64,000 nt of DNA from an uncultured Chloroflexia bacterium (GCA_963727055.1 CAVSEN010000003.1:210112-274111), one strand, 5' to 3'. Counted from the first letter of the stretch, positions 35,783 to 45,618 are shown. Notes: a model not told the origin generated them from the sequence alone. Numbers and translations are program-made.

Positions 35783-36547
35783 TTGGTGAAGAAGCGCGAC
35801 CCGCACGTCGTCCTGGGTCTCGAGCCGGGGGCCTCCCCGTCGGCCGTCAAGGCCGCCTGGCGCCGCCTGGCGCGGGCGAACCACCCGGACCTGAGCGCCG
35901 GCGATCCGGCGGCGGCCCGTGCGGCGACGGCCCGGATGGTCGAGATCAACGCCGCCTACGAGCACCTGCGCGAGGGCAATCGCGCCGATCGCAGCCACCG
36001 CAACGGTGGCCGGCCGGGCGGCCAGGCCGACGGCTACCCGGACGGCAACGGGGCGCCCTTCGACGCCAGCGGCGCCCGCCGCGGTGGCCCGCCGCCGCCT
36101 CGACCGACCCGGCCGGTCACCGCCCACCTCGACACGACCGAGGTGCTCTACACCCGCAACCGGACGACGAGCCCGGCGCCGCCCGTTGCCCGCCACGGGT
36201 CCCTCGGCCAGCCGGCCCGCCAGTCGCGCTCGGCCAACCTCGGTCCGCGCCGGGCATCGGTCCCGACCGGGCCGCTGCGCCGCGGCCGGGTCCGCAACTT
36301 CCAGGCGCCGACACCGCCCGACCTCGAGGTGGCCCTGGCGACCGAGATGCCCTTCGGCAAGTTCCACGGCCACACCCTGGGCCAGATCGCCGCGTTCGAG
36401 CCGAGCTACATCGACTGGGTCTCGGGCACGATCACCCGCGATCCGGAGCTGGTCGCGGCGGCCCGGGTGGTGCGCACGGAGCTCGACCGGCGGGGGATCA
36501 TCCGGCGGACCCGCGAGAGCCACGTCCTGCGCCCAGCGGGCGATTGA
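35783..36547 (+). CDS. J-domain protein with a C-terminal DUF3820-like module
   Basis: DPHVVLGL...ANHPDL (HPD motif) at the N-terminus. Low-complexity linker. C-terminal MPFGKFHGHTLGQIAAFEPSYIDWV. Confidence 0.7.
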   Translation: MVKKRDPHVVLGLEPGASPSAVKAAWRRLARANHPDLSAGDPAAARAATARMVEINAAYEHLREGNRADRSHRNGGRPGGQADGYPDGNGAPFDASGARRGGPPPPRPTRPVTAHLDTTEVLYTRNRTTSPAPPVARHGSLGQPARQSRSANLGPRRASVPTGPLRRGRVRNFQAPTPPDLEVALATEMPFGKFHGHTLGQIAAFEPSYIDWVSGTITRDPELVAAARVVRTELDRRGIIRRTRESHVLRPAGD

Positions 36548-36569
36548 ACTACGGGCGACTGACAAAGGA

Positions 36570-36609
36570 AAAGCGACCGGCTCCGGTTGTGCCCCCGGAG
36601 GCGGTCGCT
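36570..36609 (+). terminator. candidate terminator hairpin
   Basis: AAGCGACCG...CGGTCGCTT outer stem with an inner CTCCGG/CCGGAG stem, about 20 nt after the 36547 stop. No clear U-tract. Confidence 0.35.
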
Positions 36610-36986
36610 TGATCAGATGAAATGGCGGATGAGGCCTGCCGTCTGTCGCAAGTCCCCGGGCCCGCTGGCCGATAGATCATGGTTGCTCGGCTCGTGACCC
36701 GACGTCCCCTGATCTCGTCGACGGTCCCTGGCGAGGCCTTGGACCGCCCTGTAGTTGAGATCCGACCGGCTTCGGATCCGTGACCGACGCCCCGGGTTCC
36801 TCCCCGGATGGCTCGCTCGACGGCGTACCGCAACAGTACGCCGGGCCGCCGCCGTGGGCCATGGCCTATCCGTCCGTTCAACCCGGCCCCATGGTGGGGG
36901 CGCGCCGACGCACCACTTCAGGGACACAGGTACCGGTGCGCGCACCACGGGCCATGTGGCCCCTCGTGACGGGCCAGCTGGCCTGC

Positions 36987-38267
36987 CTACAGGACGTCGC
37001 GCTCGCGCTCGACGTAGGTCCGGTCGATGCGGAACGGCGAGAAGCCGCCCGAATCGGGCTCGATCCCGCCGGCCGGCGCAGTCGACCGGCCGGTGATCAG
37101 GTCGAGCAGCAGCCGGCTGCCGCCGGCCGAGCCCATCACCCCGTGGCCGCTGTAGCCGCCGTTCAGCCACAGGCCGCCGACCGATGTCGGCGAGACGTAC
37201 GGGCGGTGATCGGGGGTGACCTCGTACTGGCCGGCCTGGACGGTGAACGAGACGCCGCCGGCCGCCCACGCCTCGGCCCACAACGGGCTGATCCGGGCGA
37301 CCGAAACGGGCGAGGCCGGGTCGAGCAGGCGGAAGCCGGCGTCGGCCCGCGCCACGGGCGACCAGGAAGGCTCGTCCGGGGCGGTCGCCGGGTCGGTGTG
37401 GAGGACGAGCGCGCCGCGCAGCCAGGGTCGCCAGTGGGCGCCGGTCTCCTCGTCGATCGTCATCGGTGCGTCGCCCGGCACCGCGGGCAGGTCCGCGACC
37501 AGGACCTTCTGGCGGACCGTGGGGGCCAGCTCGATCGTCAGGCCGGCCAGGCCCGCCGTCCGGGCGAGGAACGGTCCGGTGGCCAGCACGACCGTCGGCG
37601 CGGCGATCGCGAAATGGGCCGTCTCGACGGCCACGATCCGATTGCCCACGACCCGCAGTCCCGTCGCCCGCTCGCCCAGGCAGAAGGTCGCCTCGGCCGT
37701 CCCGGCCGGCCGCTCGACGCCCCGGCCGTTCGAGGCCGACAGGGCGTAGCCCAGGGCAACCCTGACCTGGTCGATGAACCCGTCCGCCGCCCGGTAGCGG
37801 GCGCCGACGACCGTCGGCGACACATGGGGGAAGCGCGTTCGCGTCTCGTCGCCGGTCAGCAGCTCGACGTCGTCAAGCCCGAAGCCGTGCTGGCGGTCGA
37901 CCATCCGGCGCTGGCGCTCAAGCTTGGCGGGCTCCGTCGTGCAGAAGAGGTAGCCCTGCGGCCGGAGGCGGATGTCGTAGCCGGGCAGTCCGGTCCGGGC
38001 GGCGAAATCGAAGAACAGCTCGACCCCCTCCCGGACGAGGGCCAGCTCCTCGGCATTGTCGTGCTGGAGCCGGTACGCGCCGGTCGCTGCCGCGGTCGTC
38101 AGGGTGGCCGGCCGGGGCCGGGCGTCGAGGACCACCGTCCGCAGCCCGGCCGCCGTCGCGAAGAAGGCGGTGGCGCAGCCGATCACGCCGGCCCCGACGA
38201 TCACGACATCGGCGGTCTTCGGCGGCGCTCCGGTTCGCAGGCTGAATGCGGGCTGGCGGTCGGCCAT
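36987..38267 (-). CDS. FAD-dependent oxidoreductase (DAO family, glycine/sarcosine oxidase-like)
   Basis: N-terminal ADVVIVGAGVIGCATAFF dinucleotide-binding motif. Length 426 aa. Confidence 0.8.
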   Translation of the reverse strand: MADRQPAFSLRTGAPPKTADVVIVGAGVIGCATAFFATAAGLRTVVLDARPRPATLTTAAATGAYRLQHDNAEELALVREGVELFFDFAARTGLPGYDIRLRPQGYLFCTTEPAKLERQRRMVDRQHGFGLDDVELLTGDETRTRFPHVSPTVVGARYRAADGFIDQVRVALGYALSASNGRGVERPAGTAEATFCLGERATGLRVVGNRIVAVETAHFAIAAPTVVLATGPFLARTAGLAGLTIELAPTVRQKVLVADLPAVPGDAPMTIDEETGAHWRPWLRGALVLHTDPATAPDEPSWSPVARADAGFRLLDPASPVSVARISPLWAEAWAAGGVSFTVQAGQYEVTPDHRPYVSPTSVGGLWLNGGYSGHGVMGSAGGSRLLLDLITGRSTAPAGGIEPDSGGFSPFRIDRTYVERERDVL

Positions 38268-38362
38268 CGTGCCCGGACGATACCCTCTCGGGCCACGGCG
38301 GGGGGCGGCTCGCGCCCGCGCGGCGTCGGCGGGCGACGGGGCCCGGTCGTATCCTCGTGGCG

Positions 38363-38956
38363 ATGACCCCTCGCCCCTGGGTCGCCCGGCTGGCGGCCCT
38401 CCTGATCATGGCCGCGATCGCGGCCGGCTGCGTGGACGACGCGACACCGGTCGGCTCGTTCGACCCGTCGACCCCGTGCAACGGCGCCGACAGCCAGGTG
38501 ATGCCGGCCGCCTACCCGGCGCTCGAGGTGCTCCTGCCGGTCAGCCTGGCCGGCGTCGCCCCGAACACCCTTGTCTCGGGTCGCCTGTGCTCGGCCAACA
38601 CGCTCGGCACGCTCTACGGCCGGGGCATCCACGAGACCCACTTCGCGAGCGCGGTCTGGAATCGCGGCGGCGGGTCCGGCATCCAGCTGACGCTGATGAC
38701 CGCCGACGGCCTGACCGTTGCCAACGTGCTCGAGTCGTACAGCGCAGGCGCCGCCAACGCGCCGAAGGTCCACAGCCTCAAGACCTCGAACGTGACGGTC
38801 AACGGCCTGGCCGGGATGCGCCTCGACATCGAGAACGACGACTATGCCCAGCAGGTCGTCGTCTGGCCGGGCGACATCGCCGGCCGGATCCGGATCGTGA
38901 TCACCTCGAATATCCACGAAGCGGACCTCCAGGTGGCACTGACGGCGTTCAAGTGA
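38363..38956 (+). CDS. hypothetical lipoprotein
   Basis: ATG at 38363. Signal peptide with lipobox (LIMAAIAAGC). Confidence 0.6.
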   Translation: MTPRPWVARLAALLIMAAIAAGCVDDATPVGSFDPSTPCNGADSQVMPAAYPALEVLLPVSLAGVAPNTLVSGRLCSANTLGTLYGRGIHETHFASAVWNRGGGSGIQLTLMTADGLTVANVLESYSAGAANAPKVHSLKTSNVTVNGLAGMRLDIENDDYAQQVVVWPGDIAGRIRIVITSNIHEADLQVALTAFK

Positions 38957-38971
38957 GATAGAGTCCCGGCC

Positions 38972-40744
38972 ATGACGTGGTCTGCGCGCCGGCGCGCCTG
39001 GCAGGAGCAGCGGGTCAAGCCGGCCCTCGAGCGGGCGCCCGAACGGCGGACCGGCTTCAGCACGATCAGCGATGTCGAGATCGAGCGGCTGTACGGGCCC
39101 TGGAGCTGGACCGCCGGTCGGGACGGGCCACCGGCGGAAGAGCCAGCTGGTCCTGGCGGCCCGACCGCCGTCGACCATCTCGGCGAGCCCCTCCGCGGCG
39201 GGCGCTGGGACGACTTCGATCCCCTCCGTGACATCGGCCTGCCGGGCGAGCCGCCGTTCACCCGGGGGATCCACCCGAGCGGCTATCGCAGCCGCCTGTG
39301 GACGATGCGGATGTTCGCCGGCTTCGGCGCCGCCGAGGACACCAACGCCCGCTTCCGGCAGCTCCTCGACGCCGGCCAGACCGGCCTGTCGATCGCCTTC
39401 GACATGCCGACCCTGTACGGCTACGACACCGACGATGCCGAGGCCGAGGGCGAGTTCGGGACGTGCGGGGTCGCGGTCAGCAGCCTGGCCGACATGGAGG
39501 TCCTGCTGGCCGGCCTGCCGCTCGACCGGATCAGCACCTCGATGACGATCAACTCGCCGGCCGCCCCGATCTGGGCGATGTACATCGCCGCCGCCGAGCG
39601 GCGGGGCGTGCCCCGGGCGGTCCTCGAGGGCACCCTCCAGAACGACATCCTCAAGGAGTTCGTGGCCCAGAAGGAGTTCCTCTTCCCGCCCAGCCACTCG
39701 ATCCGCCTGGTGACCGACACGATCGAGTTCGGGACGAACGAGCTGCCCCGCTGGAACACGATCTCGATCAGCGGCTATCACATCCGGGAGGCCGGCTCGA
39801 CCGCCGTCCAGGAGCTGGCCTTCACCATCGCCGACGGGATGGCCTACGTCGAGGAGTGCCTCCGGCGCGGCCTGCGCATCGACGACTTCGCCCCGCGCCT
39901 GAGCTTCTTCTTCAACAGCCACAGCGACTTCTTCGAGGAGATCGCCAAGTTCCGGGCGGCCCGCCGGATCTGGTACCGGCTGCTGACCGAGCGCTATCGG
40001 GCCGAGAACGAGCGCTCGACCTGGATGCGCTTCCACACCCAGACCGCCGGCGTCAGCCTGACCGCCCAGCAGCCGCTCAACAACCTGACCCGGGTCGCGA
40101 TCCAGGCGCTCGCGGCGGTGCTCGGCGGGACCCAGTCGCTCCACACCGACGCCTACGACGAGGCCTGGGCCGTGCCCTCGGCCGAGGCCGCCCTGCTCGC
40201 CCTGCGCCAGCAGCAGGTCATCGCCGAGGAATCGGGCGTGGCCAGCACCGTCGACCCGCTCGGTGGCAGCTGGTTCGTCGAGTCGCTCACGAACGAGACC
40301 GAGCGCGCGGTCTGGCGCTACCTCGACGAGATCGACCGGCGGGGCGGGATGGTCGAGGCGATCGCCGAGGGCTACCCGCAGCGCGAGATCGCCGACGCGG
40401 CGTACCGCTTCCAGCGCGAGCTCGACGACGGGGAACGGACGATCGTCGGGGTCAACAGCCAGGTCGACCCGAACGAGCGGCTGGCGATCCCCTTGCTCGA
40501 GGTGTCGGAAACGTCGAAGCGGCTCCACCTGGAGCGGCTCGGGCGGACCCGCCGCGAGCGGGATGCGTCGGCCGTCGAGGCCGCCCTGGCGGGCCTGCGG
40601 GCTGCCGCCTCCCGGCCCGGATCGTCGGAGACGAACCTGATGCCCCACTTCCTGCGCTGCGCCGAGGCGTACGCGACGCTGGGCGAGCAGTGCGGGGTCC
40701 TGCGCGAGGTCTTCGGCGAGTACCGCGAGCCGGTCGCGGTCTAG
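38972..40744 (+). CDS. B12-dependent acyl-CoA mutase, large (substrate-binding TIM barrel) subunit without a B12-binding domain
   Basis: [41 protein letters not shown] and [12 protein letters not shown] motifs of the methylmalonyl-CoA mutase family. No DxHxxG domain at the C-terminus. Confidence 0.88.
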   Translation: MTWSARRRAWQEQRVKPALERAPERRTGFSTISDVEIERLYGPWSWTAGRDGPPAEEPAGPGGPTAVDHLGEPLRGGRWDDFDPLRDIGLPGEPPFTRGIHPSGYRSRLWTMRMFAGFGAAEDTNARFRQLLDAGQTGLSIAFDMPTLYGYDTDDAEAEGEFGTCGVAVSSLADMEVLLAGLPLDRISTSMTINSPAAPIWAMYIAAAERRGVPRAVLEGTLQNDILKEFVAQKEFLFPPSHSIRLVTDTIEFGTNELPRWNTISISGYHIREAGSTAVQELAFTIADGMAYVEECLRRGLRIDDFAPRLSFFFNSHSDFFEEIAKFRAARRIWYRLLTERYRAENERSTWMRFHTQTAGVSLTAQQPLNNLTRVAIQALAAVLGGTQSLHTDAYDEAWAVPSAEAALLALRQQQVIAEESGVASTVDPLGGSWFVESLTNETERAVWRYLDEIDRRGGMVEAIAEGYPQREIADAAYRFQRELDDGERTIVGVNSQVDPNERLAIPLLEVSETSKRLHLERLGRTRRERDASAVEAALAGLRAAASRPGSSETNLMPHFLRCAEAYATLGEQCGVLREVFGEYREPVAV

Positions 40745-40757
40745 GTACCATTCGGGC

Positions 40758-41261
40758 ATGTATTCCGATGCGCTCGAGTTCCTCGAGGACGAACGTGAGG
40801 CCTGGCGACCGTTCGAAGCGTTGCTCGACCTGTCCGACACGGACCTCGCCGTGCCGCTCGATGGTGCGCACGGCTGGTCGGGCCGCGACCTGATGGCCCA
40901 CCTGACGTTCTGGCAGGAGATGGGCCTGGCGGTCGCCCGCGACCTGGCCCTGCGCGAGACGAGCGAGACCAAGGTCCAGTCCGACCGCGACTGGGACGAG
41001 CGCGGGGACGCCTGGAACGAGGACATCCGGCTGGCCGGGCTGGCCATGCCGATGGACGAGGTCCGATCGCGATTTCACCTGATCCCGGGCGAGCTGCGCG
41101 GCTACCTGACGGTCGTGCCCGAGACGCGCTGGCTGAAGAACACCGAGTACGAGAACTTCTTCCTCAACGAGACGACCGACCACTACGCCGCGCACATGGC
41201 CGACCTGGCCGCGGTCCTCGCCTCCGCCACATCTACCGGAGCGTCGCGTCAAGCCACGTGA
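40758..41261 (+). CDS. DinB/ClbS-like four-helix-bundle family protein (tentative)
   Basis: W...GWSGRDLMAHLTFW...TTDHYAAHMADL pattern. Length 167 aa. Confidence 0.45.
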   Translation: MYSDALEFLEDEREAWRPFEALLDLSDTDLAVPLDGAHGWSGRDLMAHLTFWQEMGLAVARDLALRETSETKVQSDRDWDERGDAWNEDIRLAGLAMPMDEVRSRFHLIPGELRGYLTVVPETRWLKNTEYENFFLNETTDHYAAHMADLAAVLASATSTGASRQAT

Positions 41262-41731
41262 CGCCGAAGGCAGCCGAACCTACTGAGGGAACGGCCGCGC
41301 AAGGCCACGTCCTCACGCCGCTGCCGGCCGCGGTGACGGGCCGGGCAAGCCCCGCCCGGGCCGCGCTCGGCGACAAGCCGGTCTTCGCCTACATCGGCAG
41401 CTTGCCGCAGCCGCAACGCGCCATCGCCGAACGCGTCGATGCCCTGGCGGCCAGGACGCTGCCGGGCCTGGAGCGCTCCGTGAAGTGGGGCATGGCCTGG
41501 TATGGCGTCGGCGACGGCTGGTGCTTCTCGTGCGGCGGCTTCGCCGGCCACGTCAAGCTCACGTTCGGGCGCGGCACGAGCCTCACGCCCGTCCCGCCGG
41601 CCAGACCGATCGGCATGGGCAAGGACTCGCGCGGGGTCGACCTCGAATCCGTCGACGACGTCGACGAACTCCAGCTCGGCTCGTGGATGGAACAGGCAGC
41701 GGCCCTCCCCGGCTTCGGCAAGAGACGCTGA
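41258..41731 (+). CDS. DUF1801 (YdhG-like) domain protein
   Basis: LERSVKWGMAWYGVGDGWCFSCGGFAGHVKLTFGRG. GTGA overlap with the upstream gene; the true start may be further downstream. Confidence 0.6.
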   Translation: MTPKAAEPTEGTAAQGHVLTPLPAAVTGRASPARAALGDKPVFAYIGSLPQPQRAIAERVDALAARTLPGLERSVKWGMAWYGVGDGWCFSCGGFAGHVKLTFGRGTSLTPVPPARPIGMGKDSRGVDLESVDDVDELQLGSWMEQAAALPGFGKRR

Positions 41732-42039
41732 GCCCGACCGAGGTCTAGCGCTCCGCGTTTCGGCGGCTCTGCCGCCCCCGGATCCCACCGTCGACTTCGT
41801 CGTAATGCCGCCGCCAAACGCACTACCGCGCGGTTTCGGTCGGGACTCGGGCCGGCCGGCCATGGCCGGCTCGAATTCGTGCACGGCCGAGGGGCTCCGG
41901 ACCAAGGTTCGGGCAGCCGCGAGAGCCGAGTTGGCGATACCGCGTCTGGTGGCGGCATTCGTGCCAAGTCCGGCGGCCGCGGCGCGTCCGAGCGCCACTG
42001 GGCCCGCTCGACGCGGGCACGGACGCCGGGGAATCGGAG

Positions 42040-42066
42040 AACCCCGTTCGGCGATCGAACGGGGTT
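42040..42066 (-). terminator. candidate terminator hairpin downstream of trxA
   Basis: AACCCCGTTC-N7-GAACGGGGTT, a perfect 10-bp stem 43 nt beyond the trxA stop. Confidence 0.4.
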
Positions 42067-42108
42067 CGGAATTCGGTTTGGGGACCGCCTCGACCGGCGG
42101 GCTGGGGC

Positions 42109-42471
42109 TCAGCTGGCGGCCGGCTCGACCGGGGCCGCCGGCTTGGTGAAGGTGGCCAGCCCGAACTGCTGCTCGAGCTGCTCCATCGGCCGGAAGCCGA
42201 CGACGCCCATCGGCTGCTGGCCGGGGCGGAAGAAGGCGATCGTGGGGATGCTCATGATCCCGTACTTCTGGGAGAGACTCGGGTTGGCATCGACGTCGAC
42301 CTTCACGACGTCAACGGCGCCGTCGTACTTGGCGGCGATCTTCTCCATCTCCGGGGCGACCATCTTGCACGGCCCGCACCAGGTGGCCCAGAAGTCGACC
42401 AGCACGGGTCGCTCGTTGTTGATCACCATCTCGTCGAATGTCGCGTCGGTGACTACCTTGATCTCAGCCAT
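42109..42471 (-). CDS. trxA: thioredoxin
   Basis: ATG at 42471 (MAEIKVVTDATFDEMV...). Active site FWATWCGPCK. Confidence 0.92.
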   Translation of the reverse strand: MAEIKVVTDATFDEMVINNERPVLVDFWATWCGPCKMVAPEMEKIAAKYDGAVDVVKVDVDANPSLSQKYGIMSIPTIAFFRPGQQPMGVVGFRPMEQLEQQFGLATFTKPAAPVEPAAS

Positions 42472-42499
42472 TACGGGCCACGATCCTTTCTCCCGCGTA

Positions 42500-42796
42500 C
42501 TAGCGGGCAAACGTCTGGATGAGGTGATAGGCCTCGAGGACCCGTGGGTCCGAAAGGCGGTAGTAGATGGTTGTGCCCTCTCGTCGGGTGGTGACCAACC
42601 CGGCGCTGCGGAGGACGGACAGATGCTGGCTCATGTTCGGGACCTGGCAGCCGACCTGACCGGACAGATCACCGACGGATTGCTCGCCGCGGGCGAGGCA
42701 CTCGAGGACGCACAGCCGCTTGGGGTCAGCCAGGGCCCGCCCGACCGCGGCAAAGCGCTGTCGGTCCAGCTCGGATGACGGTTCGGTCTGTTCCAC
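42500..42796 (-). CDS. ArsR/SmtB family transcriptional regulator
   Basis: LADPKRLCVLECLARGEQSVGDL...VPNMSQHLSVLRSAGLV wHTH pattern. Confidence 0.85.
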   Translation of the reverse strand: MEQTEPSSELDRQRFAAVGRALADPKRLCVLECLARGEQSVGDLSGQVGCQVPNMSQHLSVLRSAGLVTTRREGTTIYYRLSDPRVLEAYHLIQTFAR

Positions 42797-42870
42797 GGCC
42801 GCAACTATATCACTTAGTTGCGCAACTGCGCAAGTGTTCGTTGGGGGTAGCCGCCCGCTACCCTTGAGCG

Positions 42871-44547
42871 ATGGCCCACGAGTTCATCTACACGACCTAC
42901 AAGCTCGCCCGGCATTACCCGCCCGACCAGACCGTTCTCGAGAACATCTCGATCTCGTTCTACCCGGGCGCCAAGATCGGGGTCATCGGGCCGAACGGGG
43001 CGGGGAAGTCGAGCCTGCTCCGGATCATGGCCGGCCTCGACGACGGCTTCTCGGGCGAGGCCCGCCTGACGCCCGGGTTCACGGTCGGCTACCTGGCCCA
43101 GGAGCCTGAGCTCGACCCCGGCAAGGACGTCAAGGGCAACGTCCTCGACGGCGTGCGCGAGGTCCACGCCCTGATCGAGCAGTACAACGCGGTGATGGCC
43201 CGCTGGTCAGAGCCGGATGCCGACTACGAGGCGATCGGGGCGGAGCAGGCCGTCCTCGAGGACCGGATCGCGGCAACGGACGCCTGGAGCCTGGAGCGCA
43301 ACGTCGACATCGCCATGGATGCCCTGCGCTGCCCGCCCGATGACGCCGACGTCACGACCCTGTCGGGCGGCGAGAAGCGCCGCGTGGCGCTCTGCCGGCT
43401 GCTGCTCAGCCATCCCGACCTGCTCCTCCTCGACGAGCCGACGAACCACCTCGACGCCGAGTCGGTCGAATGGCTGGAGCGCTTCCTGCAGGAGTACTCG
43501 GGCACGGTCGTCGCGATCACCCATGACCGCTACTTCCTGGACAACGTCGCCCAGTGGATCCTCGAGCTCGACCGCGGCCGGGGGATCCCGTTCGAGGGCA
43601 ACTACTCGAGCTGGCTGGAGCAGAAGCTGGAGCGCCTCGGCCGTGAGGAGCGGGCGAACGACGCCCGCCGGCGAACCCTGGCCCGCGAGCTCGAGTGGGT
43701 CCGCCTCGCGCCGCGCGCCCGGCAGGCAAAGGGCAAGGCCCGCCTCGGCGCCTACGAGCAGCTCCTGGCCGAGGCCAACGATGCCAAGGGGGCCGGCCGC
43801 GAGCTCGAGATCGCGATCCCGCCCGGTCCCCGGCTGGGCGACTCGGTCATCGAGGTGAAGGGCCTGCGCAAGGCATTCGGACCCAAGCTGCTCTTCGACG
43901 ACCTGACCTTCTCGCTGCCCAAGGCCGGGATCGTCGGGATCATCGGGGCGAACGGCGCGGGCAAGACGACCCTCTTCCGGATGATCGTCGGCGAGGAGCC
44001 GCCCGACGCCGGCACGATCACGATCGGCGACACCGTCCAGCTGGCCTACGTCGACCAGGATCGGACCGACCTCGAGGCCGACCGGAGCGTCTACGAGGAG
44101 ATCAGCGGCGGCAACGAGTTCATCAAGGTCGGGCCGCGCGAGCTGCCGGCCCGGGCCTACGTCTCGAGCTTCAACTTCCGGGGCACGGACCAGCAGAAGC
44201 CGGTCGGCAAGCTGTCGGGCGGCGAGCGTAATCGGGTCCACCTGGCCAAGCTGCTCAAGTCGAGCGGCAACGTCCTGCTCCTCGACGAGCCGACCAACGA
44301 CCTCGATGTCGACACCCTGCGGGCGCTCGAGGCCGGCCTCGAATCGTTCCCGGGCTGCGTCGTCGTGATCAGCCACGATCGCTGGTTCCTGGACCGGGTC
44401 GCGACGCACGTCCTGGCCTTCGAGGGCGACAGCGTCGTGCGCTGGTTCGAGGGCAACTTCACCGAGTACGAGGCGTTCCGCCACCGCGAGCTGGGGACGG
44501 CCGCCGACCAGCCCCATCGGATCCGCTACAAGCGGCTGGCCGGCTGA
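42871..44547 (+). CDS. ettA: energy-dependent translational throttle protein EttA (ABC-F)
   Basis: Two ABC cassettes (GPNGAGKSS and GANGAGKTT). N-terminal MAHEFIYTTYKLAR and length 558 aa are typical of EttA. Confidence 0.9.
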   Translation: MAHEFIYTTYKLARHYPPDQTVLENISISFYPGAKIGVIGPNGAGKSSLLRIMAGLDDGFSGEARLTPGFTVGYLAQEPELDPGKDVKGNVLDGVREVHALIEQYNAVMARWSEPDADYEAIGAEQAVLEDRIAATDAWSLERNVDIAMDALRCPPDDADVTTLSGGEKRRVALCRLLLSHPDLLLLDEPTNHLDAESVEWLERFLQEYSGTVVAITHDRYFLDNVAQWILELDRGRGIPFEGNYSSWLEQKLERLGREERANDARRRTLARELEWVRLAPRARQAKGKARLGAYEQLLAEANDAKGAGRELEIAIPPGPRLGDSVIEVKGLRKAFGPKLLFDDLTFSLPKAGIVGIIGANGAGKTTLFRMIVGEEPPDAGTITIGDTVQLAYVDQDRTDLEADRSVYEEISGGNEFIKVGPRELPARAYVSSFNFRGTDQQKPVGKLSGGERNRVHLAKLLKSSGNVLLLDEPTNDLDVDTLRALEAGLESFPGCVVVISHDRWFLDRVATHVLAFEGDSVVRWFEGNFTEYEAFRHRELGTAADQPHRIRYKRLAG

Positions 44548-44576
44548 TCGACCGGCGTCCTGACATACTCCCGGGC

Positions 44577-45592
44577 ATGCCCGAGCACATCGTCAGCCTG
44601 GCCCAGGTTCGTGAGGCGCGGCCGGTCGTTGCCGGCCGCGTCCACCGCACACCGATGCTGAGCTCGGCGACCGCTGCCCGGTACATCGAGGCGGCGACCG
44701 GCGCCAGGCTCGCCGACGGTCGCCTCTACCTCAAGGCCGAGCACCTCCAGAAGACCGGCTCGTTCAAGCCCCGCGGGATGACCTGGAAGATCGCCTCGCT
44801 GACCGCCGACGAACGCCGGCGGGGGATCATCACCCTGTCGGCGGGCAACGCCGCCCAGGCCTACGCCTGGGCCGGCGGCGCGGCCGGCGTCCCGGTGACT
44901 GTCGTGATGCCCGCCGGCGGCCGTTCGCTCCAAGGTCGACGCCTGCCTGGGCTACGGCGCGGAGGTGATCCTCCACGGCGCGGACGTCGGCGAGGCGCTG
45001 CTCGAGATGGAGCGCGTCCGCGAGACCCGCGGCCTGACCTACTGCCACCCGTTCAACGACCCGTTCGTGATCGCCGGCCACGGCTCGATCGGCCTCGAGA
45101 TCCTCGAGGATCATGCCCGAGGTCGACGTGGTCGTCGTGGGCGTCGGTGGCGGGGGCCTGATCTCGGGCGTGGCCGCCGCCCTGAAGGAGTCGCGGCCGG
45201 CCGTCCGGGTCTACGGCGTCGAGCCCGAGCGCTCGAACGCCCTGTCGCTCGCCCTCGAGCGGGGCGAGGTCGTCCGGGTCCAGCCGGTCAGCGTGGCCGA
45301 CGGGCTCGGGGCGCCGTTCGCCGGGGAGTGGACGCTGGCGATGGCCCAGCGCTACCTCGACGGGATCGTCCTGCTCGACGACCCGACGATCCTGGCCGGG
45401 ATGCGCTTCGCGGCCGAGCGCCTGAAGCAGGTCCTCGAGCCGGCCGGTGCCGCCGCCCTGGCCGCCCTCCTGGCCGGCCGGATCCCGCTGAAGGCCGGCG
45501 ACCGGGTCGTGGCTCTCGCCTCTGGCGGCAACGTCGAGGTCGGCCGGATCGGCGAGCTGTTCGCGGCGGCCGGGCCGCTGCCTTCCGCCTAG
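44577..45592 (+). pseudogene. PLP-dependent threonine/serine dehydratase, two reading-frame breaks (about 44915 and about 45110)
   Basis: PLP-Lys motif GSFKPRG in ORF 44577... The middle part (AVRSKVDACLGYGAEVILHG...HPFNDPFVIAGHGSIGLEILED) is in the frame of ORF 44965... The C-terminal part (PEVDVVVVGVGGGGLISG...) is in ORF 45113..45592. Confidence 0.85.
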
Positions 45593-45618
45593 CTGCCTTC
45601 CGCCCAGTTGTCTTCCGC

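Noticed and set aside
36780-38366. 528-aa plus-strand ORF starting in the spacer after the J-domain gene.
   Set aside because: Most of it is antisense to the FAD-dependent oxidoreductase, which has a clear dinucleotide-binding motif. The first roughly 70 codons in the spacer have no support beyond being open.
38957-38971. A cobalamin riboswitch upstream of the mutase large subunit or upstream of the B12 subunit (54603..54620).
   Set aside because: Both upstream gaps are under 20 nt, and I saw no B12-box-like sequence nearby.
38201-41047. 948-aa minus-strand ORF, the longest in the window.
   Set aside because: It is antisense to the lipoprotein and acyl-CoA mutase genes, whose family motifs are unambiguous. 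Its translation is an RGDP-rich shadow sequence.
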